DNA of 64,000 nt from Candidatus Brocadiia bacterium (GTDB taxonomy: Bacteria; Planctomycetota; Brocadiia; SM23-32): positions 32,693 through 96,692 of the forward strand of contig JBKHIT010000011.1 in assembly GCA_046538485.1 (NCBI GenBank), given 5' to 3'. A model generated the notes under the pieces. That model ran no database searches, was not told the origin of the DNA, and saw only the letters and a list, made by a program, of their open reading frames with translations. How positions within the stretch are numbered: position 1 is the stretch's first letter; each line of letters begins with the position of its first letter. This document shows, in pieces, positions 28,667 through 38,705 of the stretch. The translations under genes and the position numbers were made by a program.

Positions 28667-30789
28667 GTGACTGAAAAACGAAGCGCTACCATTTTTTTGG
28701 CGTTCTTTGCAGTCTGGGTCGCCATTTTTGGATTTCTGCCATCAACGGACGCCGGCGGCGGCCCCCAAAACCTGGCTCTTTTGGTGAATCCGAACGATAC
28801 TGATTCTCTCCGTATTGCAAACGAGTACATCCATCTGCGCAAAATTCCCCCGGCTAACGTTATTTATCTGCCTGAAGTGCCCGAAAAATCTGTGATTCCC
28901 GTCGAACAATTCCGGAAGAAAATTCTCGGCCCGGCACTCAAAACGCTCGAAAAACGACACGTCGCTGGCCAGATTGATTACCTGATCTATTCAACCGGTT
29001 TTCCCCATGCTGTTAATGTCAAATCAGATATCAAAGGCAAAAAACTTCCCAAAATTCTGAGTCAGCCGGCGTCCATTACCGGGTTGACGTATCTCTACCT
29101 TTTTGCTCTTGCTCAGAACCCCAATTACATGTCGCTCAATGCCAATCAATACATGCGAAAGACACGCCTTGGACCGATGCGCAGCGGCAGAAGAAACTGG
29201 AATTGCAAAAAGCATTTAAACGCCTGCGAGAAGCGCAAAAAGCCGCCGCGAAAAAAGAGAAAAAGGAAGAGGCCGGAGGGACAGAAACAAAAAAGGCACA
29301 AACAAAGGTAATTGAATCCTACCTCGACGAAGTTCATGGAATTATCACGGAGCTGCTGGACTCGCACCCCGGGAATCCGGGCCTCCACTACAACATGGCG
29401 TGCATCCTGACCATTCAAGGCCGAAAACAGCTGGCATTGAAACAGATTGAGAAAGCTGTTGATGTCGGCTGGTGGAATTTCGTGCATGCCCGACGCGATC
29501 CCGATCTGAAAGCGCTTCGCAAGAATGAAAAGTTCAAGAAACTGATCGCACAGATGGAAAATGTCACGCTCCGTGCACAGCCCACGATTCCTTTCCGGAA
29601 CAGTTTCGGTTTTGCAAAAGGTGGGGAAATCGTCAATCCCCAGATGGGTGTTCGTTACCTTATCTCGACCATGCTGGCGCATGTCAGCAAGAAAACCAAC
29701 ACGCTGAACGAAAGCCTGCGATGTCTGCGTCGGAGCGTCCAGGCGGATGGATCCCGCCCGGAGGGAACGATCTACTTCATGCGCAATCGGGATATCCGAA
29801 GTATTACCCGGGAATGGGCGTTCCGGAGTGTCGTCCGGCATTTGGAAAAAATCGGTGTGAACGCGGAGATCGAAGAAAGCGTTTTGCCGAAGAACAGATC
29901 CGATGTAATGGGCGCGATGGTGGGAAAAGCAAAGTTCAATTGGGAAAAATCCGGGAGCAAAATTCTTCCCGGTGCCATATGTGAACATCTTACCAGCGCT
30001 GGTGGGGTAATGTCAGGTAGCGGACAGACGCTTTTGAGCGCGTGGATAAGCGCCGGGGCATCTGGAACCTGCGGGACCGTTACCGAGCCGTTCGCGGTCC
30101 AGGCTAAGTTCCCATCTCCGTTCATCCACCTGCACTACGCCCGCGGCGCGAGCCTCGGCGAAGCCTTCTATCAATCCGTTCAGGGCCCCTACCAGCTTTT
30201 GATCGTCGGCGATCCGCTTTGCCAACCATGGGCGCGATTCCCAAAAGTAAAAATTGGTGGCGTTTCTCCCGGCGATACTGTACAAGGTGAAATCGAAATA
30301 ATCCCGGCCGCCGAAACACATGAAAAATTGAAACTTCAGCAGTTCGAGCTTTTTATCGACGGTATGCGCCGCGCGGCTTGCAAGCCCGGACATGTTTTCA
30401 ATCTGGACACAACTGGATTTGCCGACGGATATCATGAATGGCAGGTGGTTGCCGTTGCCGGACAACTTCATACGCAAGGACGGAAAACGGTGCCGGTCAC
30501 TATTAATAACGGCGGCCACCTGATTAAGATCACCAAAAAACCCGAAGGTAATATTGAATCCGGACAAACAGTTCAAATCGGGGCTGAACTCAAAGATGCT
30601 GCCGAACTGCGCGTGGTGCAAAACGCGAGACTGGTGGGGACAATCGAGGGAAATCAAGGAACTGTGGAAATAAGTAGTGATAAACTCGGAAACGGCCCGG
30701 TTCAGCTGCGTGTCATCGGCCAAATCAAAAGCAAAAAACCCCCCAAAGCTCTCAGCGCTCCCATTGACTTTACCGTCGTGGAGAACTGA
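28667..30789 (+). pseudogene. TIGR03790-like secreted protein with a TPR insertion, split by a -1 frameshift near 29160 (pseudogene, assembly error or programmed shift)
   Basis: ORF1 has a signal peptide then GGGPQN..LLVN...DS..IANEY..LRKIP; ORF2 (-1 frame) continues with YNMAC..., EHLTSAGG, GASGTCGTVTEP, KFP, GASLGEAFYQSV.GPYQLLIVGDPLCQPW. Confidence 0.75.
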
Positions 30790-30866
30790 AGGGACTGATT
30801 CCCGTCACTTCACAGCAAAAACCTTATGCAAAAACCGAAGACGGATTGCTTAACCCGGATCAGACC

Positions 30867-33800
30867 TTACTTTTTGATTACCACGCATTCAGCCGTTCTT
30901 CCGGTGGTAACTTCGCGCGCCTTCAGGGTCCATTTGCCCGCTGGATCGTTGTGAGCAAAACGCATGCTCGTCCTGGCTTTGCCTCCTCTGCCCTGTGCCG
31001 ACCACGGGATGACTTCCACCCATTCGCCCTCCGGGTTTAGAAGACGAGTGGAGAAACTGAAAGGGCCTTTCTCCCGTGCGGGCACTCCCGACATGGAAAT
31101 CCTGAACGTCACTGTCTCGCCACCGTGTACCGTCTCGCGCGAAGGTTCCACTTTCGGCTGACCGGGATCGTAGGGATAGGTGGTGAGGAATTCAGCGTAG
31201 CCGGGTTTGAGCCGCGGAATATCCACGGTCGTCGTTTTGCCAACTTTTCCTCGCCGCAGATCGAAGATCCACTGCTCCGAGGGCAAAACAACACGTGCTG
31301 GACCCTCTTTTCCGCCGTCACGGTAAAGACCGTAAACGGTGACGTTTCCGCCTTTCCAGGTGGCCGTTTCGGCCCGCAGGAGTTCGCTCCCTTCTCCGTC
31401 GTTCCGTTCCAGCTTCGGTTTCAGCCCGATAGCATCGGCCAGCTGTCGGAAAAATTCCCGTTGCGCCTTTCCCTCCGATAACAGGCGCTCGGCATTGTAT
31501 TGCGTGAGGTGGAAATTGAGCAGTATCGCCCGTCCGTCGCCGATCTTGTTGGCAACGAAGACGGGACAACCTTTCATCTTTCCGGCCGCAGTGCCGCCGT
31601 CAACCGTCAACTGTGCGTCCGCGCGGTTGTTGTTCAGGCGGATGGAGATCGTCTTGCCCTTCAGTTTGGCCTGGAGTTCTCCATCGATTCTGACGGCTTT
31701 TCCTTCGCCGGTGCGGCGCACGCCGAAAAGCGCATCGGCAGGTCCGTGTTCCAGAGGACGGCAATGTCCGGAATAAACTCCCGGCCGCAGGTCGGCCAGG
31801 ACGGTGCCGCCGTTTTTGACGAATTTTCGTAGCGTATCGACCTCTTTTTGCCCGAGGGTCTGGATGAAAGGCAAGATCAACAGCTTGATGCCCCGTTCTT
31901 TCAGGTCGCCCTCGAGCGTTCTCTTTCTGGTGGTGTAGACCCACTGGTAACCGCAATCTTCAATCAGTCGCAGGATGCTGCCGTGGGCGCCTTTCACGGA
32001 ATTGAAGGCGGCCGCTTCTGTCAGTTCGCCGGCATGGCTTGCCGCAACAGAATAATACAGTGCAATCCCGTCGTGTTTTTGATCGAGTTGCATCAGGAGA
32101 TCCCCGAGTCCGCGTCGCAGGGGAATTATAACTTCGTCGAGGAACCGGCGATTTTCAGGATACGGTTCGTTATTGGGGGCCAGCCACCCGTGGAACCGTC
32201 CCCGCCCGGCCAGCATCCACCACCAGATCGAGGGGGCGTCGTTTATGACGGCGCGCCAGGCTCGCGCGATCAGACGGTCGCCTTTCTTGTTGTAGCCAAT
32301 CCAGAAGCTGTGGATGAAACCTTCGGGTTTGAGACTTCGGACGACTTCGGTGCGAATTCCATCATAAGGGCACCAGAACCCGGAGTTGCTGATCAGCTCG
32401 TCGAAGTCCATTCCGAACCCGCCGGAACCTTCGAATCCGACGAGGGCTTTGGGATCATATTTGCGGGCCCGTTCTGTGAGACCACCGATCATCCGGCGGC
32501 AAAAATTAACCTCCCCGAAATGCTTGCGGTCCGACCACCGCGCATAAATCCCGGCCTCCCGGGCGGCTTTCTCGTGATTGTCGCCCTTTTTCATGACGTT
32601 AACCTGGTCCCAGGATTTGTAGTCGCTTTCCCATTCCCGGTTCAGGGCGTCCAGTTCGTCCCCGTAGAATTCTTTCAGCCAGGATCGATACGCCTTGAGA
32701 CATTCCGGATGGAGACACATGCCGGAGTGCGGGCCCTCGTCGTACATGTTGTAGACGAAGACCGGGGTCCGCGTGCCGGATTCGAAGACGCCGTCTTTTG
32801 CGGACAGCATTTTCTGGAAAGCTTCCTCCTCGTTCCAGCAGGCCGGTTGCATGACGGGAACGCCCAGTTCGGGGTCTTTTTTCGGGCGTGGCGATCGCAT
32901 CTTTTTCTCGCCCACGGGCCAGTTATACGCGAAATTCGTGGGTGTCCGGTTGATATTCGCCACCTCTGATTTGCCGCTGAGGGAAGACGTTACTCCCGTT
33001 TCTCGAAGCTTGAGCTTTCCCCAATGCCGATAGGGACCGTTCCAGGAGCCCCACAGCACCATGTTGAAGCGGTCGTGCCGACGCCGCAGGATGTGGTACG
33101 TTAGCCACGCCGAACCCGCTTCCCGCTTCCCGGCAACAACTCGTGCCCGGACGCGCATTTGAATGGGATAATGCGGGTCGATCGAAAACGCGTATGGCAC
33201 TTTTTGCCCCGGTTCAGCGTCAACACGTCTGCGCACAACGATCCGGTCGTGGTTGTCGAGAACTTCCAGCAAAAGGGCAGGTTTCGGGATTTCCTGCTCT
33301 TCCTGCAGGGTAAAGAGGGCGGTGCCGGCGAGTTTGCCGTCGGGTTCGACCCCTTTCTGCTTTTGGTTCAGTTCCACCTCGCAGGGTGCGGGGACGTGGA
33401 GGCCCGCATACCCGTAATTTTCTCCGCCTCTGGCGCTTTTGATGAGCAGATCGGTGTAGTAGCGGCCGGCGTCGAGATCGGGGAGGGTGAACTGGCAGGT
33501 GATCTTGTCTTTTGCGCCTTCAAATTTTCGCTCATCGCGTGCCAGCACGTGGTCTTTGAGATCGCGCACTCGCCACTCGATTGTGAGACCGAGCGGGTTT
33601 TTGCCGGCATCCAGAATCCATTTCCCGGTTTGTCCTTTGGTTTTGCCCCAGGCTAATTTGCGCAATGCCGGAGGGGTCGAGACGAATTTCACCCGGGGTT
33701 CCTTTTGGGCGGCCCAGAGGATAGCGCGGCCCATTTCGGCCATCATGTATTGATGGTCGATGGAGTGGTCCCAGCGGAAGAGTTTCGCGCCGCTGTTGTC

Positions 33801-34451
33801 CTCGATTTTGAACCGTGAGAATACCAGGGCGCGTCCTTTTCCCACTTTGTAAGCTGTGGCGAAAGCTTTTTTGAAAGCGGCTTCTTCCCGGGGAAGTCTG
33901 TTGAAGTATTTCTCGGTACGCCCGGCCCTTCCGGTGAGACCAAGTCCCCCGGCGATGTCGTTTACCGGAGTTTCGATCTGCCGATCTTTTCGCAGCACAT
34001 TGCGTGGGGGCCTTCGCACAAAGAGGATGCCCGTACCGTCGGCAACGGTTGAGAGGACGCGGAACTTCGCTTCGTTCGACAGTTTGGGCCAGGGGGCTCG
34101 CCAGTGGTCCCAGCTCACGATCACATCCCATTTGCGCGATTCCAGCAGTTTGAGAGTTCTCTCGTTGTCGGACATGTGGTACCCATAGAGAGAATATTCG
34201 ATGTCCATGAAGGGGAAAGCACGAAGGAGTTCCATGGGTTGCCGCGTATTCTGACGGTAGCCGAGCTGATCCCCTTTGAGGATCAGGACGGAAATCTTGC
34301 CGCTGGAGTACTGCTGGCCCAGCCAGCGGGTGGTCGGAGTCCCGAGATTCCCCGGCTCCATGGTATATTCCTGGGCTTTCCAGTCCTGTGCGAGCAATCC
34401 GGGTGCCAGCAAGATGGCGGTCAGAACGACGCAAATGGAACGATATTTCAT
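30867..34451 (-). CDS. Large secreted beta-galactosidase-like protein (GH42-like catalytic and trimerisation regions)
   Basis: Signal peptide; YDEG, YRSWLKEFYG..LDALNREW..Y..W, VGFEG, IALYYS, LLILPF, FVKNGGTVLADLRPG, C-terminal DPAGKW. Confidence 0.65.
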   Translation of the reverse strand: MKYRSICVVLTAILLAPGLLAQDWKAQEYTMEPGNLGTPTTRWLGQQYSSGKISVLILKGDQLGYRQNTRQPMELLRAFPFMDIEYSLYGYHMSDNERTLKLLESRKWDVIVSWDHWRAPWPKLSNEAKFRVLSTVADGTGILFVRRPPRNVLRKDRQIETPVNDIAGGLGLTGRAGRTEKYFNRLPREEAAFKKAFATAYKVGKGRALVFSRFKIEDNSGAKLFRWDHSIDHQYMMAEMGRAILWAAQKEPRVKFVSTPPALRKLAWGKTKGQTGKWILDAGKNPLGLTIEWRVRDLKDHVLARDERKFEGAKDKITCQFTLPDLDAGRYYTDLLIKSARGGENYGYAGLHVPAPCEVELNQKQKGVEPDGKLAGTALFTLQEEQEIPKPALLLEVLDNHDRIVVRRRVDAEPGQKVPYAFSIDPHYPIQMRVRARVVAGKREAGSAWLTYHILRRRHDRFNMVLWGSWNGPYRHWGKLKLRETGVTSSLSGKSEVANINRTPTNFAYNWPVGEKKMRSPRPKKDPELGVPVMQPACWNEEEAFQKMLSAKDGVFESGTRTPVFVYNMYDEGPHSGMCLHPECLKAYRSWLKEFYGDELDALNREWESDYKSWDQVNVMKKGDNHEKAAREAGIYARWSDRKHFGEVNFCRRMIGGLTERARKYDPKALVGFEGSGGFGMDFDELISNSGFWCPYDGIRTEVVRSLKPEGFIHSFWIGYNKKGDRLIARAWRAVINDAPSIWWWMLAGRGRFHGWLAPNNEPYPENRRFLDEVIIPLRRGLGDLLMQLDQKHDGIALYYSVAASHAGELTEAAAFNSVKGAHGSILRLIEDCGYQWVYTTRKRTLEGDLKERGIKLLILPFIQTLGQKEVDTLRKFVKNGGTVLADLRPGVYSGHCRPLEHGPADALFGVRRTGEGKAVRIDGELQAKLKGKTISIRLNNNRADAQLTVDGGTAAGKMKGCPVFVANKIGDGRAILLNFHLTQYNAERLLSEGKAQREFFRQLADAIGLKPKLERNDGEGSELLRAETATWKGGNVTVYGLYRDGGKEGPARVVLPSEQWIFDLRRGKVGKTTTVDIPRLKPGYAEFLTTYPYDPGQPKVEPSRETVHGGETVTFRISMSGVPAREKGPFSFSTRLLNPEGEWVEVIPWSAQGRGGKARTSMRFAHNDPAGKWTLKAREVTTGRTAECVVIKK

Positions 34452-34507
34452 TGTTGTATCCTCCGCTTGGAACAGTTCTTGCTATCCACAATTCTTTTCC
34501 ACGGCTT

Positions 34508-34619
34508 AGCTCTATTACACGGTTATTCCAAAGTCTCCACGTGCGCAGGACTGGAGAGGTCCTGTAACATTCGATGCCAGTTTATAGAGCTGATCTTACC
34601 ACCGAGCTTGTCCCGGTGG
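34508..34619 (-). promoter_or_regulatory. Candidate structured leader RNA containing an H-type pseudoknot
   Basis: Minus strand: 8-bp stem AGCTCTAT/ATAGAGCT enclosing CAGGAC-C-TCTCCA-GTCCTG-CGCACG-TGGAGA; an upstream 8-bp hairpin; ends ~57 nt before the ATG at 34451. Confidence 0.4.
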
Positions 34620-34713
34620 GGCGATGCTTGCTTTGCATTGAACTCTGCTCAGCGCTTTCTTCCATCCGCAGGTTGTTGCCGGTGCGAAACGCAGGGATGA
34701 TTTCATGGTGGTT

Positions 34714-35814
34714 TCATTTTTTCTCGACGGCCGGGATTGATGCATTGAGTTCGTGGTATCGAACCATCCAGAGTGTGCTCCGACACCGTTTTTTCAGTTT
34801 ACTCAAGGCCTCGGTTACGCCTGGCCCCGGTTTGTTTTGGGATAGTTCTTCAAGGCTTTTCACGATTTTAGAAACGCTTTCACGGGCGTTCTGCAGACTT
34901 TTTTTGTCGAGGCGGCCCGCCAGTGCATCGGTTTTGTGCCGAATCTGGGCAATGAGTTGTCGCACCTCACGCATGCGGTCTGCGCGCATTTCGGGATATG
35001 TTGTGTAAGTGATTACGCCTTTTTCACCGTACATTTTCAATTTTTCGCCGAAGACCGGAGCGAGATTTTGGGAGAACATTTTTTCCAGTTCGCTCGTGGT
35101 TCCCGAAAAAACGATGTTTCCGTATCTCTGGGGGCTTGCGTGGGTTGCGCCTCGGTCCCAGGCGCTGTATTCATGTCCGCCTTTTGGGTTGGCATATCGA
35201 AACCGCACGATCTCAAAACTCCACAGGTCGCCGGGCTTTGGTGGTTTTGTTTCCAGATCCGCGTACGGAAATCGAAATTCCAGAGCCCAGTAGTCATCGG
35301 CGATGTGAGCTTCGACTTTCCAGTCGGTACCCGTGCCCCAGTCGAAGAGTTTGAACCCCATCGGAGTCTCACGGGCGCGCCAGTCGGCGCGTGTGCCGAG
35401 AGGAGTTGACATGAATTTGAAGTACTCTTCGTGGCTGCATCCCGATTCCAGGTAGATTTCCACCGAGTCGTCCCACCAGAGCGGACCATCGTATTTTTTG
35501 ATCCGTTTTCTCAGACCTGCGGGGTTTGGTTCGTTCATATGGATCCCGACGTAGATTGCTTTGTCGTCGTAGATTATCTTCGTGGATGTTTGCACTTTTG
35601 CCCGGATCCGGGTGGATGCGTCCCGCAGCACCATATCGGTGATGACGGGTTTGTCCTGCCAGCATTTTTCATCGAGTTTTCCGTCGATGACGGGAGGTTG
35701 TTCGATGCGGCGGACATCGTAAAGGTTCACCACGCGGGCAGAGTCTTCCTTGGCTGCTCCGCATCGGACCGCCACCGCCACCAGAATCAAAAGAATTAAG
35801 CAGTATTTGCGCAT
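34714..35814 (-). CDS. Secreted CBM9-like (DOMON-fold) carbohydrate-binding protein
   Basis: Signal peptide; PPVIDGKLDE..W, YDDKAIYVG, LWWDDSVEIYL, W.LEFRFPY..L, P.PGD.W; start 35814 after an AAAGGAG RBS. Confidence 0.8.
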   Translation of the reverse strand: MRKYCLILLILVAVAVRCGAAKEDSARVVNLYDVRRIEQPPVIDGKLDEKCWQDKPVITDMVLRDASTRIRAKVQTSTKIIYDDKAIYVGIHMNEPNPAGLRKRIKKYDGPLWWDDSVEIYLESGCSHEEYFKFMSTPLGTRADWRARETPMGFKLFDWGTGTDWKVEAHIADDYWALEFRFPYADLETKPPKPGDLWSFEIVRFRYANPKGGHEYSAWDRGATHASPQRYGNIVFSGTTSELEKMFSQNLAPVFGEKLKMYGEKGVITYTTYPEMRADRMREVRQLIAQIRHKTDALAGRLDKKSLQNARESVSKIVKSLEELSQNKPGPGVTEALSKLKKRCRSTLWMVRYHELNASIPAVEKK

Positions 35815-35837
35815 TTTTTCTCCTTTTTCGATGTCGA

Positions 35838-37232
35838 TCAGCCTTCTTCGAAAATACCTCCCTGCTTGAGCCATTGCCCGGTGAGGGGGTCTATCGCCTG
35901 TTTTACACGCTGTTCACGGACGATCACTTCCTGTTCAGCAAGCAGTCTCGTGGGTGTTCCGCGCGCCGGAATTGATTTCAGTTTCTCCAGAGATTGCTGG
36001 TATTTTTGCAGGGCATCTTTCAGCTGACGGCGCTGTCCCTGGTCCAATTTTTCGCAGCTGAGCAGAACTCGACATTGTTTTCGCGAGTTTTTTCCCAGCA
36101 GGTCGTTGATCGGCCAGGAAAAATCCGTTTGGCGGAGTGCCTTTACTGTCCGCGGCAGTGATTCGGTGAACTTTTTTCGCTCGGGGTGCCAACCATTCCA
36201 TGATTTCCATTCGCGAATGGCGAGTCTGATGTGATTTTCAGAGGGCTGCATTGTTACGGAGACGCCGTAGGTGCCCCGTGCACGGATGTGCTGGATCTGT
36301 TCGGGCAGGAAAATCGCTTCCATCCCGGCCAGTCGGCAGTTGTCGCGATTGTACCAGAAGATGCCCGCGTTTTCGTCCGTTTTTGGTTTTGTGGAATGCT
36401 TTTGCTTTCTGTCGTGCATGTTCCAATCTTTGCCCGCGGTCCATACCCACCGGTAACGGTCGATAAAACGGGCTGAGCGCAATCCTCCCGGGAACCGCAT
36501 GTACGACGGATGCGTGGTCATGGGATAACCCCCGACGGATATTTCTCGCACCTCCGCTCCGTCGGGCACGACGTGAATACGCATGTAAAGATAATCGGAA
36601 CCGCGAACACGTCTTATACGAATCGATGTGCGCGGCGTGCAGTCTTTTGCGAGCGGGCGTTCGAATATCATTTGCGCGGAGGCACAGTTTTTGCCCTGGA
36701 AACGATGGACAGCTACACATTTCGACGGTCGAAGAATCGAAGCCACGTCTTTCTGGTCCGGCGCGACGACAGTAATATTCAAAAGATTCCACTTGTTAAA
36801 ATTCCCGTTTCCGTGAAAACGTCCCGGGGCGGTGCAACCGATACTATTGCTCAGGAGAAGTGTGCCATCGGGCAACTGCGTTTTACCAAAGTCCCATCGC
36901 CGCCTGGCGTCTTTGCCCGGTGGAACCCGGTATTCTTCGTGGCGAAAGCCGAATCCGCCGCTTTCGTGCATTGATGCTGTAAGTCGGACCGTTCCCTCGG
37001 GGTAGCTTTTGCTCCATCGTGCCCGTTTCGACCACGAGCTCGTCTTCCGCCTGACGTCGATGGACAGATCAGGGGAAGGTAAAAGGGGAGATACTGCCTC
37101 AGCGGCAAGGACGGGCCTGACGGAACGGGGATTGTCTTGAGCGTTACAGCTAAAAAGGGGCGCGGTGATGAGCATTAAAACGAGGATAAGTCGTTTGTTC
37201 TGCTCCGTATCTTCTATGCCCGATTTATTCAC
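35838..37232 (-). CDS. Hypothetical secreted protein
   Basis: 464-aa ORF with GGAGG RBS and N-terminal hydrophobic segment; co-directional with and close to the CBM9 gene. Confidence 0.65.
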   Translation of the reverse strand: MNKSGIEDTEQNKRLILVLMLITAPLFSCNAQDNPRSVRPVLAAEAVSPLLPSPDLSIDVRRKTSSWSKRARWSKSYPEGTVRLTASMHESGGFGFRHEEYRVPPGKDARRRWDFGKTQLPDGTLLLSNSIGCTAPGRFHGNGNFNKWNLLNITVVAPDQKDVASILRPSKCVAVHRFQGKNCASAQMIFERPLAKDCTPRTSIRIRRVRGSDYLYMRIHVVPDGAEVREISVGGYPMTTHPSYMRFPGGLRSARFIDRYRWVWTAGKDWNMHDRKQKHSTKPKTDENAGIFWYNRDNCRLAGMEAIFLPEQIQHIRARGTYGVSVTMQPSENHIRLAIREWKSWNGWHPERKKFTESLPRTVKALRQTDFSWPINDLLGKNSRKQCRVLLSCEKLDQGQRRQLKDALQKYQQSLEKLKSIPARGTPTRLLAEQEVIVREQRVKQAIDPLTGQWLKQGGIFEEG

Positions 37233-37356
37233 CAGACGCTGCCTCCGGCTGGTTTTTGAGAGTCAAAATCTCGGTTGCCGAAACAGCAATGGGTAATGAA
37301 AACACCCGGCATGATAGTAACACAGTGGGTGGGATTGTCAACTTTCTCTAGACTGG

Positions 37357-37452
37357 AAGGAATTTGCGGTGTGGGTCATTTTGCTGTTTGACAACGCTGG
37401 ACTGGTTTGGAATTGCCAGTAACTCCCCAATAGAAGCAGGCGCAAATTCCTC
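37357..37452. repeat. 96-bp element with terminal inverted repeats (repeat family 3, copy 1)
   Basis: AAGGAATTTGCGGTGTGGGTCATTTTGCTG...GGCGCAAATTCCTC; same length and ends as 63895-63990. Confidence 0.8.
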
Positions 37453-37556
37453 AGGTTTCCTTCGGAAATGTCATTGAAGCTTGCTGTAATATAAACCTTA
37501 CGTCTGGTCTCAATCATTCTGTAGGCCTGCAACCACGCCGCTCGACCGCATATCCC

Positions 37557-37620
37557 GCAGACTCGAGTTCAGCTGAGCCCGCCAGCGGCGGGCGAAACGG
37601 GACTTGAGGCGGACAAATCT
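37557..37620 (+). repeat. Dispersed hairpin repeat family 1, copy B
   Basis: GCAGACTCGAGTTCAGCTGAGCCCGCCAGCGGCGGGCGAAACGGGACTTGAGGCGGACAAATCT. Confidence 0.85.
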
Positions 37621-37746
37621 TGCAGAAATGCAAGAGAGGAAGGGCCGCCAACAAAAACCTTTTTTCCTCGCCTGTCCCCCGGGCCTGCGATCTGCATTTC
37701 GGGCTTTTGTGAGATGCCCTTTCAGGCTATTAAATGGGAACGCGGA

Positions 37747-37794
37747 GTAGTAGCGGCCTGGGGCCGCTTCCACAGGCTGGAGAGCCTGTGCTAC
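37747..37794. repeat. REP-like double palindrome
   Basis: GTAG + AGCGGCC-TG-GGCCGCT, then CACAGGCT-GGAG-AGCCTGTG + CTAC; GTAG/CTAC ends are typical of REP sequences. Confidence 0.6.
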
Positions 37795-37899
37795 AGGCGT
37801 ACTTTTGTTCTTTCACCCCGGTGTTTCGATGAAGTAAAATATTTCCCGGGAATTATGGTCAAGAGCATTTTTTATGGACCCTATTTTATCTGGTGAAAC

Positions 37900-38479
37900 G
37901 TGCCACGGTCTTATCACAATTGGTCATTGCGTGATGGCGTCGACGGCTACGGATGCGTCAGGCGAGGTTTCACGCTCATTGAGCTGTTGGTCGTCATAGC
38001 GATCATCGCCATCCTGGCTGCGATGCTCATGCCGGCGCTGGAGAAAGCGCGGGCGGCGGCGCGGGGAACTTTATGCAAGAACAACATGCATCAGATTGGC
38101 CTCGGTATCCTGCAGTATGCGATGGATAACGGTGAGTACGGACCGGTAGCGGATTGGCCAAACCGAAAGTGGATGTTTCAGATCGGAGATTACATGGACC
38201 TCAAATTGTCGAATATCGACACGTCCGGAAGTAATCGTGCCGATGCCGAAAACGCGGCGATTGCGAATTGCCGCTGAAAGCATCAGTTACTGCTGGATTA
38301 TGGCAAGCTGGGGGCATGGTTCGGCTCTGAACGATATGAAGACCGTATATCCTCGCGTTCACAACAATAGACGTAACAACATTTTGTCAGATGGACACGT
38401 TGAAGACCGTGAGGTGTACGGCCAGGATTTTTCTGGGGGATGTCGGGGCTCGCGGGGGGGACCCCGCCGAAAACTGTGA
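37900..38479 (+). pseudogene. Prepilin-type N-terminal cleavage / H-X9-DG (DUF1559-like) gene, frameshifted
   Basis: [31 protein letters not shown]...[14 protein letters not shown] in 37900-38277; HNNRRNNILSDGHV (H-X9-DG) lies in the +1 frame ending at 38479. Confidence 0.8.
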
Positions 38480-38705
38480 CACAGAGCAATGGTCAGCATG
38501 GGACCATATCGGCAAGGGGGAGATCCCTCCCTACTATTGATCGTCATCTTGCTGACCGTTATCCGCCAATCAAAATACAAGAAGCGGCCTGCCGTTACGA
38601 TTGCCGCGGTTTTCGAGGACGGTTACCATAGGGAACCGTGGAAACACGACGAAAGTAAGAAGCGCACGACTCTATCTATCTTATCGAACAGGAGGTATTG
38701 CAGTT

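Noticed and set aside
37357..37452. Integron attC interpretation of the 96-bp elements
   Set aside because: No RYYYAAC/GTTRRRY core sites and no cassette array or integrase
37557..37620. Hammerhead ribozyme call for repeat family 1
   Set aside because: TGAG-stem-CGAAAC fits, but the core reads CAGCTGA rather than CTGANGA, copy C has GAAG, and no consistent stem III with an NUH cleavage site is present
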